64,000 bases of DNA from Gemmatimonadaceae bacterium (GCA_040901985.1 JBBDYC010000008.1:16490-80489), one strand, 5' to 3'. Shown: positions 1 through 12,210, counted from the first letter of the stretch. Numbers and translations: made by a program. The notes: generated by a model not told the origin, from the sequence alone.

Positions 1-727
1 CCGCGAGCGGCCGGTACCCGGCCGCGCGGTCGGCGGCGACGGCGGCGGCCAAGGCGTCGGCGCGGAGGCGAAACTCCCTGTCGGTCGCGACGTGCACGAC
101 ATTCTCGGCGCCGAGCCCGAGCGTGATTGCCGCCTTGTCCACCGACGAATGCGCGTGGGTCGAGCAGTACACGCGCAGCTGCGGCAAGTCGGCGCGACCC
201 GCCATTCCCCGTTGGCGAATCGCCAGGGTGGGGTCCATCTCCCGTGCCGCGGCGAGTGCCTGAAGCGTGGAGGTGGACGCGGTGTCGGTGATCATCCCGA
301 ACCATTCGCCGGGCAGCCCCATCGCGTCGCGGAGCCAGGCCGTGGTGACCTGCTCGAGCTCGGCGAGCACCGGCGAGGTGCGCCAGAGGATCCCGACCTG
401 GTTGAGCGCCGCGCTGACGAGCTCGCCGAGGATCCCGGGGACCGAGGCAGTGTTGGCGAAGTAGGCAAGGAACCCCGGATGATTCCAGTGCGTGGCGCCG
501 GGGACGATCACACGGTCGAGGTCGGCGAGGATTGTCTCGAGCGATTCGCCCTGCGCCGGCGCCGCGGCGGGCAGCGAGGCGCGCACCTCGCCCGGTGCGA
601 GTCGGGAGAGCACGGGATATCGTTCGGGGTCGGCCAGATATGTGGTGATCCAGTCAACGAGCGCCGACGCGCGCCTCCGGAACTCCTCGGGCGGCAGGTC
701 GCCGGGCGGCGTGGCGGGCGGTGGCAT
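1..727 (-). CDS. PLP-dependent group II (aromatic-L-amino-acid-type) decarboxylase, runs off the window edge
   Basis: Hand translation of minus strand from ATG at 727: MPPPATPPGDLPPEEFRRR..VDWITTYL..THWNHPGFLAYF..WRTSP..ELE..HAHSSVDKAA; not in ORF track because it is open-ended. Confidence 0.85.
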   Translation of the reverse strand, partial: MPPPATPPGDLPPEEFRRRASALVDWITTYLADPERYPVLSRLAPGEVRASLPAAAPAQGESLETILADLDRVIVPGATHWNHPGFLAYFANTASVPGILGELVSAALNQVGILWRTSPVLAELEQVTTAWLRDAMGLPGEWFGMITDTASTSTLQALAAAREMDPTLAIRQRGMAGRADLPQLRVYCSTHAHSSVDKAAITLGLGAENVVHVATDREFRLRADALAAAVAADRAAGYRPLA

Positions 728-770
728 GCGGGAAATCGAGGGAGTGGCAGGGGCGCCCGCAATGGGAGGG

Positions 771-1886
771 ATGATGGAGCGCGAGGATCGGCGGCTCGAG
801 GCGGCGGTGGCGCTCGGCATCATCAGCGCCGAACAGGCGCAGGCGATCCGCGCGCTCACGCCCGAGCACGCGCGCCGCGACGTCGAGGCGCCGCGGGCCT
901 TCAACCCGACGACGCTGGCGTACGTGCTCGGCACCGTCACGGTGCTCGTGGCGATGGGGTGGTTCCTCTCCGATCGCTGGGAATGGCTCGGCGCCGGCGG
1001 CGTCCTCACCGTGGCCGTTCTCTACGCGGCGCTTTTTCTCGTCGTCGCGCAGCGACTGCGGCGCGAGGGATTCCCCCAAGCGTCGGGGTTCGCGGTGCTC
1101 CTCGCCGTGCTGATGACGCCGGTCGGCGTCGTCGCGCTCAACCAGCTCGTCGGGTGGTTCGACGAGCGACCGCTGATGGCCTGCCGGTATCCGGAGTTCG
1201 TGCTCTGGACTTGCCGGGGCGAGGAGATCTTCGTCGGACTCGTCACCGCCGTGGCGGCGCTCGTCGCGCTGCGGCGCATCCGGTTCGCGCTCCTCGTCGC
1301 GCCGCTCGTCGTCATCGGCCTCCGGATGCTCTTTCACGCCCGTGACACGCTGATGCGGGGAGAACTCGGCAGCGCAACCGCCGGTTGGGTCTGGATGATC
1401 GGCGCGAGCGTGCTCGCCGCGATCGCCTACGCCACGGAGCGCGAACAGGATGGGGACGAGGATTTCGCGCTCTGGGTCCAGCTCGGCGCGGCCCTGAGCG
1501 CGTGCGTGGCGGTGCTGGTGCTGATCGGCGAGTACCGGGAGTTCCGCCACTTCCTCGTCCCGTCGGCGTTCGTCGCCTTTGCCTACTCGCTGCGGATGCG
1601 GCGGTTCGTCTGGCTTCTCCTCGGGATGGGGTGGTTCGTCGGGTATCTCGCCTGGCTGGCGCGCGACGTGTTCCGCGACACGCCGTTCTTCCCAATCATT
1701 CTCGCCGCCCTTGGCGTCGGCGTGATCATCGTGACCGTCTGGGTGCAACGGAACAGCGCCCGCCTCGTCGCGCGATACGGCCCGGTGGCGGGCGAGGGCG
1801 GCCCGTCGTTCCCAGGCGGCATCCCGCTGATCCTCGCGCCCGCGCTCGTCGCGGTCTGGCAGCTCCTCGTGGGGGTAGGCCGCTAA
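771..1886 (+). CDS. Multi-pass membrane protein (DUF2157-like N-terminus)
   Basis: ATG 771 after GGGAGGG; 'AAVALGIISAEQAQAI' then about 10 hydrophobic segments. Confidence 0.65.
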   Translation: MMEREDRRLEAAVALGIISAEQAQAIRALTPEHARRDVEAPRAFNPTTLAYVLGTVTVLVAMGWFLSDRWEWLGAGGVLTVAVLYAALFLVVAQRLRREGFPQASGFAVLLAVLMTPVGVVALNQLVGWFDERPLMACRYPEFVLWTCRGEEIFVGLVTAVAALVALRRIRFALLVAPLVVIGLRMLFHARDTLMRGELGSATAGWVWMIGASVLAAIAYATEREQDGDEDFALWVQLGAALSACVAVLVLIGEYREFRHFLVPSAFVAFAYSLRMRRFVWLLLGMGWFVGYLAWLARDVFRDTPFFPIILAALGVGVIIVTVWVQRNSARLVARYGPVAGEGGPSFPGGIPLILAPALVAVWQLLVGVGR

Positions 1887-1949
1887 TGATGTTCACTCGA
1901 CACGGCCACCGCCTGTCTGAGTTTATTGCCACCTAACTGATTGTGCCCT

Positions 1950-1978
1950 TTGACTTAGTATCATAAGCGGCTTACACT
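1950..1978 (+). promoter_or_regulatory. Sigma70-like promoter, probably leaderless mRNA
   Basis: TTGACT-N17-TACACT; ATG at 1985 lies 7 nt after the -10 box. Confidence 0.55.
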
Positions 1979-1984
1979 GTTGGT

Positions 1985-2248
1985 ATGTCCGCAATCCGAC
2001 GCTACCGCGCCGCCTGGGGGGCGGGGGGCGGCCGCATCGTCCGCCGCACGCTCACGCCCGACGATGCCCGCGCGATGGTTCGCGTCCGCGAGGCCCGCCG
2101 CGCCTTCCACCGCCACCGCGCGCGCTGCTTCTGGTCCTACCGCCCCGACCTCGTCATCACGGCCGCCGACGTGCACTGGGTGGCCGAGCAACTGATGCGC
2201 CACGGCGACCGCGCGGCGTACCGCGCCGGTGCCCGCCTGTGCCACTGA
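1985..2248 (+). CDS. Small basic protein, putative antitoxin/partner of downstream nucleotidyltransferase
   Basis: 87 aa, 'CFWSYRPDL..WVAEQLMRHGD'; overlaps next gene. Confidence 0.6.
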   Translation: MSAIRRYRAAWGAGGGRIVRRTLTPDDARAMVRVREARRAFHRHRARCFWSYRPDLVITAADVHWVAEQLMRHGDRAAYRAGARLCH

Positions 2249-3069
2249 CCGAGTTCCAACGCACGCTGCTCGCGACGCTTGCGGCGGCACCCACGGACGA
2301 TCGCTACCTCGCCGGCGGCGCCGCGCTGCACTTCGCGCCCCACTCGGCGCGCTACAGCGACGACCTCGGCTTCTTCCACGACTCCGAGGCGCGCGTGGCC
2401 TCGGCGTTCGCGGCCGACCGCGCACGTCTGACCGGGGCGGGCTGCGCCGTGGACGTCGAGCTCAGCCAGCCCGGCCTCGTGCGCGCGATCGTCCGGCGCG
2501 GCGAGGGCGCCACGCGCGTGGACTGGGCGCACGACTCGGCGTGGCGGTTCCTCCCCCTCGTGCCCGACGCGCTCGGCGGCTGGCTCCTCCACCCCGTGGA
2601 CCTTGCCGTGAACAAGACGCTCGCGCTGGCGGGCCGCGACGAGCCGCGCGACTTCGTGGACATCCTCTATGTGCACCAGCATATCCTCCCGCTCGCCGGC
2701 CTGGTGTGGGCCGCGCCCGGGAAGGACCCGGGCTTCTCGCCGCTCGCGCTCCTCGAACAGCTCAGGCGGCGCGGCGGCGCCCGACCCGAGGAGTTCGCGC
2801 GACTGCAACTCGCCGTGCCGTTCGATGCGCCCGCGGCCAAGGTGGCGTGGCGGGCAATGCTCGAGGGCGCGGAGACGTTCGCCCGCCAGCGGCCTCCCGA
2901 CGAGGTGGGCTGCCTGTACTACCACGCCGGCGACCGGCGCTTCGCGCTCCCCGTCGAGGACCGGCCGCTCGCCGCCCAGGGCCTCGTCCCGCACTTCGGC
3001 GCGCCGGGCGGCGTCATCCCGCGGGTGGCCGACGCGCGCGTCGAGGGCGCCGACGCGGCTATCATTTGA
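2239..3069 (+). CDS. AbiEii/AbiGii-like nucleotidyltransferase (type IV TA toxin-like)
   Basis: YLAGGAAL..RYSDDLGFF; NKTLALAGRDEPRDFVD. Confidence 0.75.
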   Translation: MPLTEFQRTLLATLAAAPTDDRYLAGGAALHFAPHSARYSDDLGFFHDSEARVASAFAADRARLTGAGCAVDVELSQPGLVRAIVRRGEGATRVDWAHDSAWRFLPLVPDALGGWLLHPVDLAVNKTLALAGRDEPRDFVDILYVHQHILPLAGLVWAAPGKDPGFSPLALLEQLRRRGGARPEEFARLQLAVPFDAPAAKVAWRAMLEGAETFARQRPPDEVGCLYYHAGDRRFALPVEDRPLAAQGLVPHFGAPGGVIPRVADARVEGADAAII

Positions 3070-3210
3070 AGGCATCCCTGATCGCCGGCAGCATCCGCGA
3101 CGCGGGGATGTACGTCCTCGCGCCCGCGTTGGCACGCGGGGGAAACCACGCCCGGTCCGCGTCCGTACGGCTGAGAGATCGCCCTCGGCTCCCTCCAGTC
3201 TGGACAGGCA

Positions 3211-5583
3211 GTGCTTCTCGCCTCGCTCGCACTCGCAGTTCAGGTTTCCGCCCCCGTCGCCTCGGACAGCGCTGCAACTCCGCGCGGTGACGAGGGGCAA
3301 CGGCGCGTGGGCGTGCGCGTGGGCGTGCAGCACGACTCGACCGAGCGCCGGCGACGGATCGAGGTGACCGACGAGATGCGCCGCACCGCGTTCAAGGACG
3401 CCGGCGCGCGCACCCTCCTCCTGCGCGCCCGGGCGGCGCGGCTCGTGCAGGATTCGCTCCTCGTCAGCTACGAGGCGCGCACGTACCAGCGGATCTCGGT
3501 CGGGATGTCGCTCCGCGAGACGGCGCGCGAGCGGCTCGCCTTCCGCACCGAGAGTGCGGCGCTGGTGCGCTGGCATCGCGACGCCGGCGTTCGCATCGAG
3601 GTGCTCGGCGCGCGCTCGGTGGCGCCGATCGCCGGCGCCGCAGAGCGGGAGGTACAGACCGAGATGCAGGACGAGATGCCCAACCTCCCGACCATCCCCT
3701 ACTTCCCGGGCAAGGAGCAGCTCTGGATCGGCGGGGATCGCGTCAAGGCGGAGGTGGACGAGAGCGAGCTCATCCATCCGATCGCCGAAGGGTCCGAGGC
3801 GTATTACACCTTCGCCACCGGCGACTCCATCCTGATGTCGCTCCCCGACGGCAAGCGCCTCACATTGCGCGAGCTTCGCATCGCGGCGCGCGAGCCCAAG
3901 TGGAACGTGATGGTCGGCTCGTTCTGGTTCGAGACCGAGCACGGCCATCTGGTGCGCGCCATCTATCGCTTCTCCACCCAGATGGACATCTGGGCGGTGG
4001 TCGAGGCCGACGACCCGAATGCGCGCGACGACATCCCGGTCCTCATGCGTCCGCTCCTCTCTCCGATGACCGCCGACGTCACGGCAATCAGCGTGGAGTA
4101 CGGACTCCACGAGCAGCGCTTCTGGCTCCCCAAGCTGCAGGCCATTGACGGGTACGCGCGCGTGAGCTTCCTGCGCGTGCCGATCCGACTCGAGGAGCGT
4201 TATCGGTTCGAGACGGTGAATGCGCTCGATTCCCTCCCTGCGCGGCCGCCGGTGCCGACGCAACTCACCACTCGCGAGCTGCGCGACAGCCTCTACGCGC
4301 TCGACCTGGACTCGGCCGAGGTGCGCAGTCGGGTGCGGGTGTATCTCGCCGAGCGGGATTCCACCCGCCGGGCCGTGCGGAAACAGAGCTGCGAGAAGGC
4401 GGGCGAGTACACGCGTTACCGTCTCGATGACAGCACCCTCTGGGTCGGCGTCACGGTCCCCTGCGACTCGTCGCGACTCTGGAACTCCCCCGACCTCCCG
4501 CCATCCATCTACGCATCGGGCGAGGAACTCTTCGGCGCCAAGGAGCGCGAGGAACTCGTGAAGATGCTGTCAATGGATCTCCAGCCGGGGTGGGCGCCGC
4601 AGCCGCCGACGATTGACTGGGGGCTGGCGTTCACGCGCTACAACCGGGTCGAGGGGTTCTCCACCGGGGCGGCCGCCAAGGCGACGCTCGGCCGCGGCTA
4701 CTCGGCGCAGCTGACCGCCCGCGCCTCGGCGGCTGACCTGCAGCTCAACGGCGACCTGACGATGATGCGGAGCAACGGCCGGAGGGAGTTGCGGGCGACG
4801 GCGTACCGCCGGCTGGTGGTGAGCTCGGACTTCGGCGACCCGCTCACGTTCGGCGCGTCACTCGGCGGGCTGCTCTACGCGCGCGACGAGGGCTTCTACC
4901 ACCGCGCCTGGGGGGCCGAGCTCTCCGGCACGCGGCCGGTCCGCGGCGGACTCGACTGGCGGCTCTTCGCCGAGCAGCAGTGGACGGCGCCGGTCGTGAG
5001 TGACTGGTCGCTCACCCGCGGCGCGAACGACGACCGCTTCCCTGGCAACGTCGTTGCCGACAAAGGTTGGTACGGGGGAGTGGCCGCACGGTGGCGTGGC
5101 AGTCGCGGCCTCAACCCCGCCGGGTGGCGCGTTGCCGCCGAGGTCAATGCGGAGGCGGCAGCGGGAGAGTCGGACTATTCGCGCGGATTCGTCGAGGGCA
5201 CAGTCTCCAAGGGCGTCGGTCCGCTGGCTGCGTCGCTCACGGCGGCGGCGGGAACAAGCGGAGGGACGCTGCCGGCGCAGCGCCAGTTCTTCCTCGGCGG
5301 CCTGCACAGCGTGCGGGGCCAGTCTGCAGGCACAGGCATCGGCGAGGCGTTCTGGCTGTCGCGCGTCGAGATCGGCAGCTCCTTTGCCGGGGCGCGCCCG
5401 GTCGTCTTCGGCGACCTCGGCTGGACCGGGGCGCGCGACGCCTGGTCGGAGGTCGGCCAGCCGATGAGCGGCGTCGGTGCCGGTGTGAGCTTTCTTGACG
5501 GCATGATTCGGCTGGACTTGGCGCGCGGAATTCACCCGCGCTGGCAGACGCGGCTCGATTTTTATCTGGAAGCCCGTTTTTGA
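3211..5583 (+). CDS. Outer-membrane beta-barrel protein (Omp85/TamA-like C-terminus)
   Basis: Signal peptide; RYNRVEG, FFLGGLHSVRG, C-terminal YLEARF. Confidence 0.65.
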   Translation: MLLASLALAVQVSAPVASDSAATPRGDEGQRRVGVRVGVQHDSTERRRRIEVTDEMRRTAFKDAGARTLLLRARAARLVQDSLLVSYEARTYQRISVGMSLRETARERLAFRTESAALVRWHRDAGVRIEVLGARSVAPIAGAAEREVQTEMQDEMPNLPTIPYFPGKEQLWIGGDRVKAEVDESELIHPIAEGSEAYYTFATGDSILMSLPDGKRLTLRELRIAAREPKWNVMVGSFWFETEHGHLVRAIYRFSTQMDIWAVVEADDPNARDDIPVLMRPLLSPMTADVTAISVEYGLHEQRFWLPKLQAIDGYARVSFLRVPIRLEERYRFETVNALDSLPARPPVPTQLTTRELRDSLYALDLDSAEVRSRVRVYLAERDSTRRAVRKQSCEKAGEYTRYRLDDSTLWVGVTVPCDSSRLWNSPDLPPSIYASGEELFGAKEREELVKMLSMDLQPGWAPQPPTIDWGLAFTRYNRVEGFSTGAAAKATLGRGYSAQLTARASAADLQLNGDLTMMRSNGRRELRATAYRRLVVSSDFGDPLTFGASLGGLLYARDEGFYHRAWGAELSGTRPVRGGLDWRLFAEQQWTAPVVSDWSLTRGANDDRFPGNVVADKGWYGGVAARWRGSRGLNPAGWRVAAEVNAEAAAGESDYSRGFVEGTVSKGVGPLAASLTAAAGTSGGTLPAQRQFFLGGLHSVRGQSAGTGIGEAFWLSRVEIGSSFAGARPVVFGDLGWTGARDAWSEVGQPMSGVGAGVSFLDGMIRLDLARGIHPRWQTRLDFYLEARF

Positions 5584-5683
5584 GCCACGCTGCGGGAGGA
5601 AGTTCACGCGTGCATTGATTGGCGCTCCTTGCGCGACGCTCTGGTGACGTGCCTCTTACGCGGCTACGGTAAAATCACGGTCG

Positions 5684-7006
5684 TTGTCCGACCGGCACCC
5701 GACGCCCCCGATGCCCGCAACCCAATCACCCTCAGGCCAAGAGACGAACGCGGAGGTACTGCTTTGGCAGGCCCGTTATCGCGCGATTTTCTTGCCGCTG
5801 GTGGGATTCTCGACGGTCACGCTGAAGTGGTTCGGCGTCATCTCCTCCGACTCGCTCTTTGTGGATCGCTTCGGGATGCGCCCGCTGCTCTTGGCCGCGG
5901 TCGGGATGATGGTGGTCTACCTGGCCTTCCACCGCCTGATGGCGGTTTACCTGGGGCGGACCAGGCGCGCCCCGATGGGCCTGGTAATCACGGCAGTCGC
6001 GTCCGATATGCTCGTGTTGTTCGGCGTGGTTGCGCTGATCACCCCGCCCGAGTACTTCGGGCGCGCGCTGATCATCTCGATCTTCACGGTGCAGCTCACC
6101 CAGATCTTCTTCGGCTGGACGGCGACCATCGCCAACCTCGCGCTCATTGCGCTGGGGTACACGGTGCTGGTGGCGTTGGCGGCGGACGCCGGGAATCGCA
6201 TCGAACCGGCCGAGGAGCTCTGGACCCTCGCGCTCTACGGCATCGGCGTGCTCGTCTACGTCGGCCTCCAGGGACACGTGACAGCGCGGATGCGCACGCT
6301 CGTCCAGATTTTCAGCCGCGCGCAGGAGGGCGACTTCTCGGCGCGCTACGAGGAGGACGAGGAACGGATGCCGGACCCGGTCACCGTGATCGGACGCGCC
6401 TACAACCGGATGCGCGAGCGCCTCGAGACGATCGTCCTCACGGACCCGCTCTCCGGGTGCTACAACCGACGGGGACTCAACCAACTCGCCGAGCGCGAAG
6501 TGTCGCGCCTGATCCGGGCGAAGAAGGATCTCGCCGTGCTGGCGATTGACGTGGATCACTTCAAGCGAATCAACGACCAGTTCGGCCACCTGACCGGGGA
6601 CGAGGTGATCCGCGAGGTGGGCGCGCTGTTGCTCGAGACGGCGCGCGAATCCGACGTCGTCGCGCGCGTGGGCGGCGAGGAGTTCACGATTCTCGCTCCG
6701 GAGACGTCGGACGAAGGGTCGCTGATCCTCGCCGAGCGCGTGATGGAGGCGTTCCGCAAGCACGCCTTCCGCTCGCTGCCGCCGAATATGCTGATCACGA
6801 CGAGCGTCGGTGTCGCGGCGGACGTCGCACGCGACGACGAGGTCGCCAAGACGCTGCTCGCCCGCGCCGACGAGGCGCTCTACGTGGCCAAGCGGAACGG
6901 GCGCGACCGGGCGGTCCTCTGGCACGCCGGGATGCGCGCCTTCGACGGCTCGATGGTGGGACGTGGGCGGCCCTCGGTCCCCGGAATGCTGCGCGTCAAC
7001 GAGTAG
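5684..7006 (+). CDS. Membrane-bound diguanylate cyclase (GGEEF)
   Basis: TM helices, TDPLSG, DVDHFKRIND, RESD I-site, RVGGEEF, ADEALYVAK; alternative ATG at 5711. Confidence 0.9.
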   Translation: MSDRHPTPPMPATQSPSGQETNAEVLLWQARYRAIFLPLVGFSTVTLKWFGVISSDSLFVDRFGMRPLLLAAVGMMVVYLAFHRLMAVYLGRTRRAPMGLVITAVASDMLVLFGVVALITPPEYFGRALIISIFTVQLTQIFFGWTATIANLALIALGYTVLVALAADAGNRIEPAEELWTLALYGIGVLVYVGLQGHVTARMRTLVQIFSRAQEGDFSARYEEDEERMPDPVTVIGRAYNRMRERLETIVLTDPLSGCYNRRGLNQLAEREVSRLIRAKKDLAVLAIDVDHFKRINDQFGHLTGDEVIREVGALLLETARESDVVARVGGEEFTILAPETSDEGSLILAERVMEAFRKHAFRSLPPNMLITTSVGVAADVARDDEVAKTLLARADEALYVAKRNGRDRAVLWHAGMRAFDGSMVGRGRPSVPGMLRVNE

Positions 7007-7916
7007 CGACGTCCCCGACCGTCAGCCGTCCCTCGCCGACCAGCACCGCCTGACCGGCCACCCGCACCGCCGTCACGGCACCCGCCGCCTTCTCGGCGCG
7101 CACTTCCAGGCGGCTCGCCCGCCCCATCTCGATCCCCTGGTCCACGGTCCAGGCGAAGTTGCCGTCGGGGCGCGGATCCTTCTGGGCAAGCCACCCGCCA
7201 AACGCGGCCACCCCGCTCCCGGTGGCCGGATCCTCGGTGATGTTGATGCCCGGCGCGAACATCCGCGCCCGCCAATGGTGCTCCCCGCTCTCGGGATCGC
7301 GCGCGGCGAGGAAGATCTCCGGCGCCCAGAAGCGCCGGAGCGTCTGCTCCCAACGGTCCATCCGCACCCGCGCGCGCTGGAGCGCGGCAAGTGACTTGAG
7401 CGGCACGAGGAGGAACGGGTACCCGCAGGAGACCGCCTGCGGCGAGAGTCCGCCGCCGACGAGGTCGTTGGGTTCGAGCGAGAGGATCTCGGCGAGCGTG
7501 TTGAGCGTCGGCGCCTGCGGACCGACCTCGGGAAGCTTGGCCACGCTGAACTCGGCCCAGACGCGCGACGGCGACTCGATTCGCGTCTCCACCGGCACCA
7601 CGCCGACGCCGAGCTCCAGCGTGAGCCGGCCGCCGGCCGCCGCCCCGAGCGCGCCCTCGCCGAGCGCGAGCGCGCCCGCGGTGCCGATGCACGGATGGCC
7701 GGCGAACGGAATCTCCCCGCCCGGCGTGAAGATCCGCACGCGGCGCGTGTGCGCCGCATCGGCCGGCGGATAACAGAACGTCACCTCGGAATAGTTGAAC
7801 TCCCGCGTGATCGGCAGGAGCTGCGCCTCGGGAATCGCCGTCGCGTCGGGAAAGACCGCCAGCTGATTCCCGCCGAAGGGCGTGCCGGTGAAGACGTCGA
7901 GGGTGAGGAAGCGCAG
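6996..7916 (-). CDS. PhzF family isomerase (start codon uncertain, CTG at 7916 assumed)
   Basis: DVFTGTPFGGNQLAVF, NYSEVTF, EIPFAGHP, EDPATGS, QGIEMGR. Confidence 0.85.
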   Translation of the reverse strand: MRFLTLDVFTGTPFGGNQLAVFPDATAIPEAQLLPITREFNYSEVTFCYPPADAAHTRRVRIFTPGGEIPFAGHPCIGTAGALALGEGALGAAAGGRLTLELGVGVVPVETRIESPSRVWAEFSVAKLPEVGPQAPTLNTLAEILSLEPNDLVGGGLSPQAVSCGYPFLLVPLKSLAALQRARVRMDRWEQTLRRFWAPEIFLAARDPESGEHHWRARMFAPGINITEDPATGSGVAAFGGWLAQKDPRPDGNFAWTVDQGIEMGRASRLEVRAEKAAGAVTAVRVAGQAVLVGEGRLTVGDVATR

Positions 7917-7963
7917 CTGGACGACCGGTGTGGGGTGAGAGGTGGGAAGGCGCCCGGTCCTGC

Positions 7964-9595
<1,632 letters not shown>

Positions 9596-9657
9596 CGTCA
9601 GGAAGGGCTGGGGGAATCGAAGTGGAAATCTAATCCCCCTGCGGGCGATACTTCAGG

Positions 9658-10479
9658 ATGCGCGCCCGCCCAATCCTGCCCCTCGCTGCCGTTCTCGCCC
9701 TCGTCGCCACCCTCGCCGTCGCGTGCGTGCCTCAGCCGGTGGTCTGGGACGCCGAGGTGGACCGGACCGGCGGCGTGCTCGCCGACTCGCTGCGGCTGGC
9801 GTTCCCTGCGGACGGCGACGTGCCGGCCTTCCACGCCGCGTGGACACCCACCGCGTGGCCCGCCGAGGACGGCCTCTGCGTGGCGAGTCTCCGCGCCACG
9901 GCGGCGCTGGCCGGCGAGGCCTACGCGTCGTGGTTCCGCGTGCGCCCCGACTCGAGCGTAGTCCTCCGCGTCGCGCGCTCCGACAACGGCGGGCGCACCT
10001 GGCAGCCGGCGGTCACCGCCGACGACACCGACGTCGGCCGCACCGGGTGCGCCCGGCCGGCCCCGTTCATCGCCGCCGACAGCCAGAATGCGTACGTGCA
10101 CGTCGTCTATCACCTCGACGCGCGCGAGGGTTCGGGCATCTTCTTCACCCACACGATGGACCGGGGCGCGCTCTTTCACCAACCGGTGCCGATCGTCTAT
10201 GGCGACCGGCCGGCGGCGGCGGCGGTGACGTCGCGCGGCGACACCGTGGTGGTCGCGTACGAGGACCCCAACAGCCGTTACCCGCGGATTGGCCTCGCAC
10301 TCTCGCTCTCGCAGGGCCACATTTTCGAGCACCGCCTTCCGGCGTCGGACGAGACGGGGGAGGCGCGCACGCCCCGCGTGGCCCTGCGGGGAACGCGAAT
10401 CGCGGTCGCGTGGACGGCAACGCAGCGTGGGGGCGGACTGCCCCGCGTCGCGCTGCGGCTCGGCACCCTTGCCTGGTAG
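9658..10479 (+). CDS. Lipoprotein with BNR/Asp-box repeats
   Basis: Lipobox-like LAVAC; SDNGGRTW Asp-box. Confidence 0.6.
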   Translation: MRARPILPLAAVLALVATLAVACVPQPVVWDAEVDRTGGVLADSLRLAFPADGDVPAFHAAWTPTAWPAEDGLCVASLRATAALAGEAYASWFRVRPDSSVVLRVARSDNGGRTWQPAVTADDTDVGRTGCARPAPFIAADSQNAYVHVVYHLDAREGSGIFFTHTMDRGALFHQPVPIVYGDRPAAAAVTSRGDTVVVAYEDPNSRYPRIGLALSLSQGHIFEHRLPASDETGEARTPRVALRGTRIAVAWTATQRGGGLPRVALRLGTLAW

Positions 10480-10487
10480 GATTCTCG

Positions 10488-11180
10488 ATGCGCCTCCTGC
10501 TGGCTGACGACGACCTCCTGATGCGCGACCTGCTGGCGACGGTCATCGCGACGTTCGAGCACGAGGTCGAGGCGTTCGACGACGGCGCGGCGATCTGGGC
10601 CGCCTTCGAGACACGGCCGGCGCCGATGGTGGTACTCGACTGGGAAATGCCGCGGCTGAGCGGACTCGAGGTCTGTCGGAAGATCCGCGCGCATCCGGCG
10701 GGTGTGGACGTCTACGTCCTCGTCATCACCGCCCGCTCCAAGGCGGAGGACCTCGAGGCGGTGCTCGATGCCGGCGCCGACGACTATCTGCCGAAGCCGG
10801 TGACGCAGAGCGACATCGCCGCGCGGCTGCGGATTGCCGAGAAGCGGATGGAGAACGCCGCCGCGCGCCGCCGCGCCGAGGACGAGCTCCGCAAGGCGCG
10901 CTACCTGGCCGGCGTCGGCGAACTCTCGCTCGCCCTGCAGCACGAAATCAACAATCCACTCGCCGCGCTGCTCACAACGACGGCGCTCATCAACAACGGG
11001 ATGCTCAGGCCGGACGAAATCCCGGAAAGCCTGCGCACCATTGATGCGCAGGCGCAACGGATCGCCGACGTCCTCAAGCGCCTGCGCGAGGTGAGCCAGA
11101 AGCCGACCTCGGTGGAGTACGCGCGCGGCCAGCGGATGGTGGACTTGGCGCGCGAGCCGCGCGACCCCAAGTCGCGATGA
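10488..11180 (+). CDS. Response regulator receiver fused to HisKA-like helix
   Basis: LLADDD, LDWEMP, GADDYLPKP; HEINNPL; no HATPase domain. Confidence 0.8.
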   Translation: MRLLLADDDLLMRDLLATVIATFEHEVEAFDDGAAIWAAFETRPAPMVVLDWEMPRLSGLEVCRKIRAHPAGVDVYVLVITARSKAEDLEAVLDAGADDYLPKPVTQSDIAARLRIAEKRMENAAARRRAEDELRKARYLAGVGELSLALQHEINNPLAALLTTTALINNGMLRPDEIPESLRTIDAQAQRIADVLKRLREVSQKPTSVEYARGQRMVDLAREPRDPKSR

Positions 11181-12085
11181 TCCCGCGCCGCCTCCTCGGG
11201 GTCCACGCGGCGGACGACGGCGGGATCCCGATGGCGGTTCGCCGCGCCGCGGCCGCCGGTGCGCGCGCCGTGCAGGTCTTCACCGCCCCGCCCACGTACT
11301 ACAACGAGAAGGTCGGCCTCAAGCCGCCCAAGGTGGCCAAGGTGCACCAGGCGCTCGCCGAGGCGGGAATCGAACCGCGGGCAGTGATGGTGCACGCGGC
11401 GTACGTCCTCAACACGGCGTCGTCCGAGGAGGAGAAGGCAGTCCGCGCGACTCGCGGTCTCGTCAAGGAGTTCGAGCGCACGACCGCGCTCGGCGCCTGG
11501 GGGTGTTGCTTCCACCCGGGCTCGGCGGGGGAGGGCGACCCCGAGGAGGCGGCGGTGCGGGTGGGCCTGGCGATCACTCGCGCGCTCGAGGGAGTGCCCG
11601 AGGACGCCGCCGGCTCGCGGGTCCTGATCGAGAACACGGCCGGCGCCGGCCGCACGATGGGGCGCAGCGCCGAGGAAATCGCGCTGATGCTCGCGCAGGT
11701 GCCGGCGGGGCTCCGCCACCGCACTGGCTACGGACTCGACACCTGCCACCTCTTCGCGGCCGGCCACGAGATCCACACCACGGCGGCCGCGCAACGCGCG
11801 GTGCTCGACCACTTCGAGCGGACAATCGGCGAGCGCCCCGCCTTTTTCCACCTGAACGACAGCCAATTCCCCTTCGGTTCGAACCGGGATCGCCACGCGC
11901 TCCTCGGCGAGGGTGCAATCGGCGTCGAACCGTTCCGGTGGCTCCTCGAGGACCCGCGTACAGAGGGGATTCCGCTCATCCTCGAGACGCCCGCCGAGCG
12001 GTCGGAAGTGGCCGAGGACGATGTCACCGCTGACCCCGCCGACACACGGATGATCGCGCTCCTCGACGGATTTGTGACGGGATGA
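11177..12085 (+). CDS. nfo: Endonuclease IV
   Basis: HAAYVLN, FHPGS, IENTAG, LDTCH, HLNDS, DRH, ILETP. Confidence 0.9.
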   Translation: MIPRRLLGVHAADDGGIPMAVRRAAAAGARAVQVFTAPPTYYNEKVGLKPPKVAKVHQALAEAGIEPRAVMVHAAYVLNTASSEEEKAVRATRGLVKEFERTTALGAWGCCFHPGSAGEGDPEEAAVRVGLAITRALEGVPEDAAGSRVLIENTAGAGRTMGRSAEEIALMLAQVPAGLRHRTGYGLDTCHLFAAGHEIHTTAAAQRAVLDHFERTIGERPAFFHLNDSQFPFGSNRDRHALLGEGAIGVEPFRWLLEDPRTEGIPLILETPAERSEVAEDDVTADPADTRMIALLDGFVTG

Positions 12086-12210
12086 CCGGGCGCCCCAGAG
12101 GAGGCTCCCTATTGCGCCCCGGGGCGGGAGCCTTACCTTCGAGACAGATCGCGCACGTGCTCGACCGGGCGTAGCACCGCGATCATCACATCCTTTCGAG
12201 GAGAATCTCG

